A stretch of 64,000 bases of DNA from NCBI GenBank assembly GCA_963737065.1, contig CAVTRC010000001.1, positions 1,216,001-1,280,000 of the forward strand, written 5' to 3'. The translations under genes were made by a program, and so were the position numbers. The notes under the pieces were generated by a model. It had not been told where the DNA came from. It did no database searches and saw only the letters and a program-made list of their open reading frames with translations. This document shows positions 20,965 through 30,900 of the stretch, in pieces; the first letter of the stretch is position 1, and each line of letters starts with the position of its first letter. Origin of the DNA: Candidatus Eremiobacteria bacterium (lineage in GTDB: Bacteria > Vulcanimicrobiota > Vulcanimicrobiia > Vulcanimicrobiales > Vulcanimicrobiaceae).

Positions 20965-21819
20965 TTAGCGCGCTACGATGATTCGCATCGATTCGCGATA
21001 GAGAATCGTGCGGTCACCGGCCCACTCCGTGAGCCGTTCATATACGCGCATGCGCGCATCCTCTGGCAACGTACCAACGTAGTACAAAAGACCCATGCGG
21101 CGCCGGAGAATGTCGATTCCGACAGCACGTTGGACCGTAAAATCATCGATCCGAACGTCGGAGAAGCCGCAGTCATGGAGCATGCTTTCCAACGTTTGCG
21201 TGGCGAAGATACGCGGGTCGCCCGGGTTGACCGGCGCGTAATCCGGATAGATTTCACGCACCCACCCGCGTATGGACTGCAACAACTGCATTGTGATTTC
21301 CGATGGGAGAGGCGGACGCGGGACGACGAAAGCAAAAACTCCCCGTTGTCGCAACACGCGGCGCACTTGCTGCAACGCCGCGTTTACATCACGGATCAGC
21401 ATCACGACGAGATGAGACGCCACTGCATCGAACGCATCGTTCGTGAAAGGCATTGACTCGGCCGCAGCAACAACGAGATCGTCAACGTTCGCAGCTGGAA
21501 GTCGCCGCTGCGCGCGCGCGATCTCTCCCGGCGAAAGATCGATACCGCTCACGCGAATCGCCCGATGCCGCGCGATCAGTTGCTCGAGCAGTACGCCATC
21601 GCCGCAACCGATATCCAACACGCGACCCCGGGAGACATCCACGGCGTCGACGAGGCGACCGTAGCTCGTCCGTCCGCGTTCGTCAACGAAACCTTCGAGG
21701 ACGCGCTCAGTGACGGACCGGCGCTCATCGTGAAACGCGCGGTGGTACTCGTCGAAATACTCAGGACGCGGAGCTTTGCCGGAAAGCACCGCCCGCATAA
21801 CGTCGCTCTCGTTGCTCAT
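20965..21819 (-). CDS. class I SAM-dependent methyltransferase
   Basis: Motif I VLDIGCGDG, GIDLS, MPFTNDAFDAV, VRRVLRQRG. Start at 21819 or 21849. Confidence 0.9.
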   Translation of the reverse strand: MSNESDVMRAVLSGKAPRPEYFDEYHRAFHDERRSVTERVLEGFVDERGRTSYGRLVDAVDVSRGRVLDIGCGDGVLLEQLIARHRAIRVSGIDLSPGEIARAQRRLPAANVDDLVVAAAESMPFTNDAFDAVASHLVVMLIRDVNAALQQVRRVLRQRGVFAFVVPRPPLPSEITMQLLQSIRGWVREIYPDYAPVNPGDPRIFATQTLESMLHDCGFSDVRIDDFTVQRAVGIDILRRRMGLLYYVGTLPEDARMRVYERLTEWAGDRTILYRESMRIIVAR

Positions 21820-21934
21820 AGAAACGCAAACGGAAGATGCCTCATGCATCTCCCATTCACTGTTCGCGGGATATAGCCTTAGCGCGCGGCCGTCAAACGC
21901 GGGTGACACGGATACGGGTAAGGACGTTGCTGCT

Positions 21935-23887
21935 TTAGCGCAGCGCGAACGGATTAAGGAGCGCACGTGCGCGCGGTCCCAAGTGCCCCGTGAAGATCAC
22001 GTGTTCTAGGCGCGGAACGATCGTTCGCACAACGCTGATCGGCACGTCGGGTGGCGCCAGGTCCACCGCGACCGCGCTCGTGATGCCGTATTGTGAAAGC
22101 GACCGTAACGTCGCGCGAAGATCGTCCGCAAGATCGTCCGTCGTGCGGTCGGGGATCTGATCGAGCGCTTTGCGCGGCGTCGGCATGTCGAAGTACCAGG
22201 CGTCCCTCGGCAACGACTCGAGTCTTCGCGCATGCGAACCCGAGATTCCCGCGTCTTCGCCAACCCGCAAAATATCTTCCCGTGCAGCCTGAATGTCGAC
22301 GACACGGCTTTGCACGCACTCCGTAAGCGCGCGCGTGAGCGCATGTGCCGGCGATAGCGCGCAACCTAACCCGATATGCGCCATCGGCGGCGTCACGCCC
22401 GGCTCGCTTACGGTTGCAAGCACGGTCAAAGGCAATGGCCCTTCTTCAAGGGCGAGCGCGCGGACCGTCAGGCCGGCGTCATGAATATTTTGAACGAGTC
22501 CGTCGATCGAGGCAATGCCGGTGGGAAACGTGATCTCCGGTGCCAACGGCAAATCCTTCGCCGCCTCGCCCAAGAAGAAACGCGGCACAATCGAACATTT
22601 GACGTGGAACATGCACCAGATGTGGCGTTCGATCAGCTCGCACAGCGCGTGATAGATCGCTTCGGTTAGGTTATTCCCTGAAGCCAGTCCGTTGGTTGAC
22701 GTGATATCGAAAAGACGGTCGCCGAACCATGGACACTGCACCATCGCAACCGGGACGGGAATCGCGTCGCCCGAGATCAGTTCGGTTCCGAGCACGCAAT
22801 CGACGACGAGCTCGCGGGCATCCGAGCGTAAACCGGTCGCTTCGAGATCCATACGCTCGCCGACGATCCGCAAGGACTCGCGAAAGACCGGAAGGCGCAC
22901 GACCGATCCGATTTGACGTTCCGTCGCTTCCATCACCGCACTGGCAATGGCGGCATCAGAGGTCACGCCCTTACCGTTGTAGACGCCGAGTAAATCGACG
23001 GAATGCGGCACGAGCGCTGAGTACGTGGGAATGCCGGTCCGATCCAGATACGTGGTGTCGGCGACGCGCGTAATTCCATAACATTCGCGCAAGCGTGGCA
23101 ATACCGCGAGCGTCGCTTCAAACGGTACGGCGCGATCGTACGTGCCCGGCGCTTTGGGAACCGATTGCGGGAGCACGATCGGCGAGGTATCGATGGAGTC
23201 ATGCTGTGCGATGGCGCGCACCGTTGGTGACGCGGCGTGCGATCGCGGCGCGGCGGCGGTGCGCTCGATAAAGCGCAACACTGTGCGCATCGCAAAACGC
23301 GCATCCCAACGCTTGAGATCGCCATGCGCCCGCGCGATGGAGATGAACGCTTCCCGTGCATGCAGCGGGACGCATTCATAAACGTCCTCCCACGTACGGT
23401 CCATATAGAAGATTCGTCGCGCCCGGTCAATGAGTACATCGTGTTCCGCCCGCGTCATCGCAGCGCAGCGATATAACAAACGCGCGACATGCCGGACATT
23501 GACCATCGGGACGGTAAGCGACTCAAATGTTTCGGGATGCGTGAGCAGCGCCACTTCATCGTCGCCGTCGATCTTCTCAGCAACGTACCAGTTCGCGATC
23601 GCACCAAGCGGCGTGAAGCCGTACGGCGCGCACTCGGCCGCACGCAATGCACCCATGCTCGACGCACCAAACATTCGCGCGTGAAGCGTCGCTGCGTAGC
23701 ATTCCTTGGGCGAAGGCGCAAGATCGTGATGAAAGACGCCGTCGATCAGAAGAACCGCGTCGTATTCTTTTGCGGCCGCAAAGACATCGTTGCGCGACGC
23801 GGGCGGCAGATAGACTAATTCGTCGCGTCCGATTCGATCGCACGGCGGTAACGATGGGCCGCAAAAAACCGCGACGCGTTTCTCCAC
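21935..23887 (-). CDS. TfuA-YcaO fusion protein (predicted peptide thioamide synthetase)
   Basis: TfuA part: VFCGPSL, LIDGVF, GASSMGALRAAE, DDEVAL, LTVPMVNVR. YcaO part: GITRVAD.T.LDRTGIP, GKG...ASAVMEATER, STNGLASGNN..EAI.HALCELIERH, RALTECVQSR...AREDI. One uninterrupted 650-aa frame. Confidence 0.93.
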   Translation of the reverse strand: MEKRVAVFCGPSLPPCDRIGRDELVYLPPASRNDVFAAAKEYDAVLLIDGVFHHDLAPSPKECYAATLHARMFGASSMGALRAAECAPYGFTPLGAIANWYVAEKIDGDDEVALLTHPETFESLTVPMVNVRHVARLLYRCAAMTRAEHDVLIDRARRIFYMDRTWEDVYECVPLHAREAFISIARAHGDLKRWDARFAMRTVLRFIERTAAAPRSHAASPTVRAIAQHDSIDTSPIVLPQSVPKAPGTYDRAVPFEATLAVLPRLRECYGITRVADTTYLDRTGIPTYSALVPHSVDLLGVYNGKGVTSDAAIASAVMEATERQIGSVVRLPVFRESLRIVGERMDLEATGLRSDARELVVDCVLGTELISGDAIPVPVAMVQCPWFGDRLFDITSTNGLASGNNLTEAIYHALCELIERHIWCMFHVKCSIVPRFFLGEAAKDLPLAPEITFPTGIASIDGLVQNIHDAGLTVRALALEEGPLPLTVLATVSEPGVTPPMAHIGLGCALSPAHALTRALTECVQSRVVDIQAAREDILRVGEDAGISGSHARRLESLPRDAWYFDMPTPRKALDQIPDRTTDDLADDLRATLRSLSQYGITSAVAVDLAPPDVPISVVRTIVPRLEHVIFTGHLGPRARALLNPFALR

Positions 23888-23889
23888 TA

Positions 23890-23929
23890 TAAAAAGACCC
23901 CCACCGATGTCATCTACACCGGCGGAGGT
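23890..23929 (-). terminator. Rho-independent terminator abutting the TfuA-YcaO start codon
   Basis: Minus strand ACCUCCGCCGGUGU-AGAUG-ACAUCGGUGGGGGU then CUUUUUA; 14-bp stem with three G.U pairs. Confidence 0.75.
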
Positions 23930-23959
23930 AAAGTGTAACGGCTACGCGGCACTACGGTT

Positions 23960-24253
23960 TTACGGTCGGGTTGTCGACATCGGTGACGGGGTTTTCATCG
24001 ACCCCGAACTCGTGCCGGTGCTCGGACTCGCCATCGCTCCGGGCGTCGCTTTGGGATTGGGCGAACCGCAGTTGCCGTTCGGAGTCATCGTGCCCGGCAT
24101 TTCGGAAGTGCTGCTGGTTTGAGCGCCCGAACTCGGGGAGGGACATGGAGAAGCCGTAGATCCTGAGGTCGTTTGAGCATTTGCCGTTACGCCGAGTGCG
24201 CCCGCAAGAACGAACGCGCCGGCGATAGCGGCGCTTCTAAGCCAATTCTTCAT
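23960..24253 (-). CDS. small secreted Ser/Thr/Pro-rich protein
   Basis: Sec signal peptide ending ANA-Q; low-complexity mature region with two Cys; followed by a terminator. Confidence 0.7.
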   Translation of the reverse strand: MKNWLRSAAIAGAFVLAGALGVTANAQTTSGSTASPCPSPSSGAQTSSTSEMPGTMTPNGNCGSPNPKATPGAMASPSTGTSSGSMKTPSPMSTTRP

Positions 24254-24319
24254 AGCGGGCCGGTACCCGCGCTTTGCGCCGCAGTAACGCAGCTGCGCCT
24301 CGCTCGGCGGCTATGCCGC

Positions 24320-24793
24320 TTACGCGCGATCTTCCCCGCCCGCGGATTCGTTCAAGACGCGTTCGATGGCAGCTTGGACGCGTTCGAATCCTTTGCCGCC
24401 TGCCTGAAAATGGCGTAGCTCATGCGCGCGATCGAACACGTAGAATGCGGGGACGAATTGATTTTCGAAACGATCGACGATCGTGTGCGCATTGTCGATC
24501 GCGACCGGCTGCGTCAGCTGCATGTGCTCGTTCGCATCTTTGGTCACCGCATCGACGTCGAGTTCGTCTTCGGATCGCGGCTGGTGCACCGCGACGAACG
24601 CAACGCCGCGATCGGCGAACGTGTCGCGCCACGCTGCGAATTGGCCGGCGGTGTCGTGGCACATAACGCAACTTTGCGACCAAAATGAAACGACGACCGG
24701 AAGTCCGCGCAGCTCTTCAGCTTTGGGCTCGCCGTTGACCCACGCGCTAACGCCCTCCAATGAAGGCAGAGTGCTTCGCATCCGCAGTGTCAT
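24320..24793 (-). CDS. TlpA/YkuV-like thiol-disulfide oxidoreductase
   Basis: FWSQSCVMC CxxC, VAVHQPRSE, FENQFVPAFYVFD; directly after the peroxiredoxin, as in Bacillus ykuU-ykuV. Confidence 0.88.
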   Translation of the reverse strand: MTLRMRSTLPSLEGVSAWVNGEPKAEELRGLPVVVSFWSQSCVMCHDTAGQFAAWRDTFADRGVAFVAVHQPRSEDELDVDAVTKDANEHMQLTQPVAIDNAHTIVDRFENQFVPAFYVFDRAHELRHFQAGGKGFERVQAAIERVLNESAGGEDRA

Positions 24794-25348
24794 TTATGCC
24801 TTTTGGAGCAGCGCTTTGCCGGGCTTCCATTCGGCCGGGCACAGACCGCCGGTTTGCAGCGCCTGGAGCACCCGAAGCGTTTCATCGACGCTGCGGCCGA
24901 CGTTGTCGTCCGTCACGACGGCATATTTCAAATCGCCTTCCGGATCGATGATGAAGAGCCCGCGCTGCGCGACGCCGGTTTTTTCATCGAGCACGCCGTA
25001 CGCGCGCGCGGTTTCTTTCGTGAAGTCCGAAAGGAGCGGGAATTTCGTCCCCGCAATGCCGTTCTTTTCACGCGGCGTATTGAGCCACGCCCAGTGTGAG
25101 AACACGGAGTCGACGGACGCGCCGAGGATCTCGCAGTCGAATTCCTTGAACTCGTCGCAGCGATCCGATAACGCGGTAATTTCCGTCGGGCAGACGAACG
25201 TGAAGTCGAGCGGATAGAAGAAAAAGACCAACCATTTGCCGCGATAGTCGGTGAGCTTGACCTCTTTGCCGAGGTCTCTTGCTCCGGTCGCGTCTTTCGT
25301 GCTCGCGAGGTTGAAATCGGGTGCCGGTTTACCGACTTGCGCCAACAT
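24794..25348 (-). CDS. ahpC: 2-Cys peroxiredoxin (AhpC/YkuU)
   Basis: FFYPLDFTFVCPTE, RGLFIIDPEG, GRSVDE, LCPAEW. Confidence 0.93.
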   Translation of the reverse strand: MLAQVGKPAPDFNLASTKDATGARDLGKEVKLTDYRGKWLVFFFYPLDFTFVCPTEITALSDRCDEFKEFDCEILGASVDSVFSHWAWLNTPREKNGIAGTKFPLLSDFTKETARAYGVLDEKTGVAQRGLFIIDPEGDLKYAVVTDDNVGRSVDETLRVLQALQTGGLCPAEWKPGKALLQKA

Positions 25349-25499
25349 TGAGATTCGTTCCACTTTCTACATCGGGAAGTAACGAGCTGCGGCCGCATGA
25401 ACCGGCCCGCACTCGAAGTTTGCGAATCCGAATGTACGCAAATCCGGGCGTCCGCGAAAATGACTTTCAGCGCAGACCCGCAATAATGTCGCACGTTAT

Positions 25500-26146
25500 C
25501 GACATAACGTAGTACGCCTCAATGCCATACACTGAGCATGGGGGCGGTTTATTCTTAGGGCATGGAACCGCCAAAAACTCTCCTCGAAGCTGTTCGCATG
25601 TTCTCCGATCCGAACGAAGCGCATCGGTACTTCGCCTCAATCCGCTGGGCTCACGCCGTGGCCTGCCCCCGGATCGGGTACGGATCAGCCGATGTTCGGG
25701 AGATTCGCGGAAGGCGGCCTCGATGGTTCTGCCGCGACTGTAAGCGGCAGCTCACAGCCAAGGTCGGCACGATTTTTCAGGATAGCTCCATCGGCTTCGA
25801 TAAGTGGCTCCGGGCCGTATGGCTCCTTACCGCCTGCCGCAACGGCGTGTCGTCCTATGAAGTCCACCGTGATCTTGGTGTGACCCAGAAGACAGCTGGT
25901 TTATGCTTCACCGTATCCGTCACGCGCTTAGTAGTAAGACGTTCGAAAAGCTAAACCGACTGTAGACACTCGCGGATGGAGGCCGGTTGATACACCGCCC
26001 GCTGGCATCGTCCCATCCTGGGACCTTCCGCCGCCCAGCGCGACACCGTGAACGAACGCGGTTCGCGCGACTCTACGATCAGCCTACCGCTCCCATTTCC
26101 GGCTTTCTAAGGTCGAGCGGCGCGAGGCGTCTAGTATATTATGTCG
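25500..26146 (+). mobile_element. degenerate IS1595-family element (internally deleted)
   Basis: Imperfect TIRs CGACATAAcgtagtaCGCCTC (25500-25520) and GAGGCGtctagtataTTATGTCG (26124-26146) bracket a transposase fragment; no matching TSD. Confidence 0.65.
25562..25954 (+). pseudogene. IS1595-family transposase N-terminal fragment
   Basis: Zn-ribbon (CP...WFCRDC), KVGTIF, GVSS...LGVTQKTA, then a frameshift where WFMLHRIR is expected; DDE domain absent. Confidence 0.85.
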
Positions 26147-26238
26147 CGTACTGGCGACATTACTGATTTGACGCAAACGGGGCGACCAGACCTTAAGCTA
26201 GCTCACGGTTGCTGTTTCGTGGTATTGCTCCTTTGATC

Positions 26239-26267
26239 TTGACCATAGCTTGGTACCATGGTACCAT
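26239..26267 (+). promoter_or_regulatory. sigma70-type promoter with overlapping palindromic operator of the TA operon
   Basis: TTGACC (26239-26244)-N17-TACCAT (26262-26267); perfect 16-bp palindrome TGGTACCATGGTACCA (26251-26266). Confidence 0.75.
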
Positions 26268-26324
26268 ATCAGCATGGGCGACCGGGGGGTCACCTATCCT
26301 CAGTCCTCTAAACGGGAGACAACC

Positions 26325-26543
26325 ATGGCACTGAAACAGATCAATATTCGAGTCGATGAGGAAACGGCGGAGCAACTCAAGCTTCGCGCCACCATTGAAA
26401 AGCGGTCCGTCAACGAGATCGTTGGGGAATCTCTGCGCGAATATTCGAAGCGCCACCCCGTTTCGCGCAAAGACATGCTCGCTATGGTGCGGGCCATTGC
26501 GCGTGAGGATGAATCGTTATTGGAAGAGTTGAGAAAAGGCTAG
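26325..26543 (+). CDS. ribbon-helix-helix (Arc-like) antitoxin
   Basis: KQINIRVDEETAEQLKLRA...RSVNEIV RHH pattern; GGGAG RBS; 1 nt upstream of the toxin gene. Confidence 0.82.
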   Translation: MALKQINIRVDEETAEQLKLRATIEKRSVNEIVGESLREYSKRHPVSRKDMLAMVRAIAREDESLLEELRKG

Positions 26544-26544
26544 A

Positions 26545-26943
26545 TTGCAATATCTCACTGAAGACGACGTTCTTGCGATTTACAGAGAGGTCATCGGAGA
26601 ACCCGCATTGCGGTATCCCAGTGGCCTTTCTTCTGCAGTAGGACGCCCGCAGCAGTCGGCATTTGGTGAAGACGCATATCCGACGATTCAGCTAAAGGCT
26701 GCAGCCCTTATGCAGTCGCTTGCCGAGAATCAACCTTTCGTTGACGGCAATAAGCGCATTGCATGGATTTGCGGAAAGCTATTCTTGCAGATTCACGGAT
26801 ACACGATGCATGCGACGGATAAGGAGGGAGCAGAACTCTTTTTAGAACGCATCGCAAATGGCATGACAATTGAGGACTTGTCGGAGTGGATTAGTCGCCA
26901 TATTTCCGTGCTTATTACAGACGAAAACGCAGGACTGACTTAA
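26545..26943 (+). CDS. doc: Doc/Fic-family (death-on-curing) toxin with variant Fic motif
   Basis: LSSAVGRPQ..FGEDAYP...KAAAL..SL..NQPFVDGNKR; TTG start. Confidence 0.88.
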   Translation: MQYLTEDDVLAIYREVIGEPALRYPSGLSSAVGRPQQSAFGEDAYPTIQLKAAALMQSLAENQPFVDGNKRIAWICGKLFLQIHGYTMHATDKEGAELFLERIANGMTIEDLSEWISRHISVLITDENAGLT

Positions 26944-26994
26944 AGTCTTTTTTTGTGCCATCCAGTGGTCATATCCGTTCGCTACAATTGAACC

Positions 26995-27752
26995 ATGAAC
27001 GAGCCGACCACCCTCCTCGAAGCCGTTCGCATCTTTGCAGACCCGCAAGTCGCTCATGACTACTTCCTCGGCCTCCGCTTTCCAAACGGTATCGCCTGCC
27101 CTCGGCACGGATGCGGTTCGGCGGACGTAGCAAAGATTTCAAACCGTAACGCGTGGCGCTGCCGCGACTGCAATCGCCAATTTATGGCCAAAGTCGGCAC
27201 GATCTTTGAGGACTTTGAGGACAGTCCTATCGGCTTCGACAAGTGGCCCGCGGCTATGTGGATGTTGTCCTCATGCCGTAACGGTGTATCATCCTGCCAT
27301 CGCCCGGGCGATCGGCGTCTGTCAGAAGACGGCGTGGTTCATGCTGCACCGCTTGCGTCACGCTATGAAAACCAAGACCTTCGAGCGTCTTTCGGGCGAG
27401 ATTGAAGTAGACGAGACGTTCATCGGCCCGCGTGGTCGCTCGATGACTCGTCGCCATGTTCTCCCGCCATCGAAGAAAGGCGGACGCGGTCCGACGTTCG
27501 GAAAGACGACCGTCATGGGATTCCGCGAACGCGGCGGAGATGTTCGCGCGTTTGTCGTTAAAGACAATCGCCGGAACACGCTGCTTCCGAAAGTTTTCGA
27601 GAACGTAATGCCCGGCGCGACCGTCTACACCGATGTGCTCGGCTCTTATCACGGCCTACGCGAAGCGTTCGTTCACCAAGTCATCAATCATGCCGAGTCC
27701 TATGTTGACGGTCGCATTCATACGAACAGCATTGAAAACTTCTGGAGCGTGC
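26995..27752 (+). pseudogene. IS1595-family transposase, 5' part (frameshifted, IS21-interrupted)
   Basis: Zn ribbon CPRHGCGS...CRDC, FEDFED duplication, frameshift near 27297, EVDETFIG, VYTD, INH...Y, HTNSIENFWSV. Confidence 0.9.
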
Positions 27753-27800
27753 TGTTGACGCCGGCTGAAAATTGACCCACTTTGCTATGGGATCGCCGGT

Positions 27801-29616
<1,816 letters not shown>

Positions 29617-29666
29617 CGCGAACTTACGTTCGCGTCAGATCAGGCGGAACGGCTTAGTCAACTCTG

Positions 29667-30740
29667 TTAGGCGGCGACTTCAATACTATTCTGACTATTG
29701 CGCGCAAGTCGGTCTTGCATCGGTTGCAACCGATAAAACACAACCGTTGCCAGCTGCCGTTTGTGAGAACGCATCGCAGCTCGATGCGTCTTGCCCTCAG
29801 CTCGCTTACGCGCATAATAGAGTTGGCCCGGATGATTGCGCGTGCGGTTTTGGACCAACGCAATAACATGGAGTAATCGATTGAGCTGACGATCACCACC
29901 GGTGTTGACACGGACGCTCGCGTTGCGACCGCTCGAACACGGAACGGGCGCCGCCCCGGCGCGCATCGCGAAGCTCGCGGCATTGCGATACATGCAAAGA
30001 TTGCCGGCATGTCCAATGATCCCGGCAGCAACGACAATGGAAACGCCTCGAAGCTCCAGCAATTCGGGCGCAAGGCGCTTAACGAAAGGGCGCAGTTGGC
30101 GTTCCAGCTGATTCACTGCAGCATTGAGCCGGCGGATTTCCGAGATCGCCTCGTCGACCTCATCAGCAAGCGCATCACCGGTATAGCTCTTACCGCGATG
30201 ACCCGTTAGAAGATCTGCTGCATTCTGCAATGCAATTTCGGTGGTCATGTTCGAGGGCAGCGGTCCAATCGCCAGCCGCAATGCGGCATCCCGCAGCCGA
30301 TTTACAGCCTCCGTCCGCTGTCGCACAAGTCGATCGCGGCGATCATAACGTAACCGGACTGCTTCCTGTTCATCCAGACGTTCGCAACGCCGCAAGCGAT
30401 CGGATTCGCGCAGAACTGCTTCGGCAATCGCTCGAGCGTCGAGTGGATCGGATTTTCCTCTTCGGCTTGCGTGTTTGCGGTGACGTTTAGTGAACGAACC
30501 TGGAACCTCGTATACGACGGCGTTGCTTTTCAGCAGAGCATCGGCGAAGCCACGTCCGAACGAACCACTTCCCTCAAGACCCCATTCAACGGTGCCAAAC
30601 GACCGTGCTCTTTCGATCGCAGTCGCATACCCTGCGGCGTTCGTTGCAATGGTGATCTCCGAGAGCGCTTTCCCAACTCCATCAACGAATACGATGGTGT
30701 GAGAATCCTTGTGACAATCGACGCCCGCAACGACGCGCAT
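29667..30740 (-). CDS. IS110-family recombinase/transposase (DEDD RuvC + Tnp20 domain)
   Basis: GVDCHK, GLEGSG, KSDPLDA (DEDD tetrad), GAAPVPCSSG (catalytic Ser), GGDRQLN; AAGGAG RBS; intact 357 aa. Confidence 0.96.
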   Translation of the reverse strand: MRVVAGVDCHKDSHTIVFVDGVGKALSEITIATNAAGYATAIERARSFGTVEWGLEGSGSFGRGFADALLKSNAVVYEVPGSFTKRHRKHASRRGKSDPLDARAIAEAVLRESDRLRRCERLDEQEAVRLRYDRRDRLVRQRTEAVNRLRDAALRLAIGPLPSNMTTEIALQNAADLLTGHRGKSYTGDALADEVDEAISEIRRLNAAVNQLERQLRPFVKRLAPELLELRGVSIVVAAGIIGHAGNLCMYRNAASFAMRAGAAPVPCSSGRNASVRVNTGGDRQLNRLLHVIALVQNRTRNHPGQLYYARKRAEGKTHRAAMRSHKRQLATVVFYRLQPMQDRLARNSQNSIEVAA

Positions 30741-30764
30741 GCGTTCTCCTTTTATGCGAGGTTA

Positions 30765-30900
30765 CCGCAGACGTCGGCGATCCCTTATTGAGCATTTGCA
30801 CTCGGCTTACCAGCCAAAACGCGCTGCGGAAAAGACGCGCCTGCCGGCCATTCCACCCCAAGCCAATCCGACTGTCAATTTTGGAGCCAGAGCAGACGCA
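30765..30900 (-). ncRNA. predicted IS110 bridge RNA (target-binding and donor-binding loops)
   Basis: Two stem/internal-loop/hairpin modules. Guides AAAAUUGAC (30874-30882) and GGGGUGGA (30852-30859) match the target; UAAGCCG (30803-30809) and AUAAGGGA (30781-30788) match the donor junction. Confidence 0.78.

Noticed and set aside
23960..24253. Ser/Thr/Cys-containing small ORF as the YcaO substrate
   Set aside because: It has a clear Sec signal peptide, is low-complexity, and is separated from TfuA-YcaO by a terminator. The TfuA partner points to thioamidation rather than azoline formation.
25484..26162. Chromosomal dif site or integron attC
   Set aside because: The spacer is 8 bp rather than the 6 bp of dif, there is no TTATGTTAAAT arm or GTTRRRY core arrangement, and no tyrosine recombinase gene is in the window.
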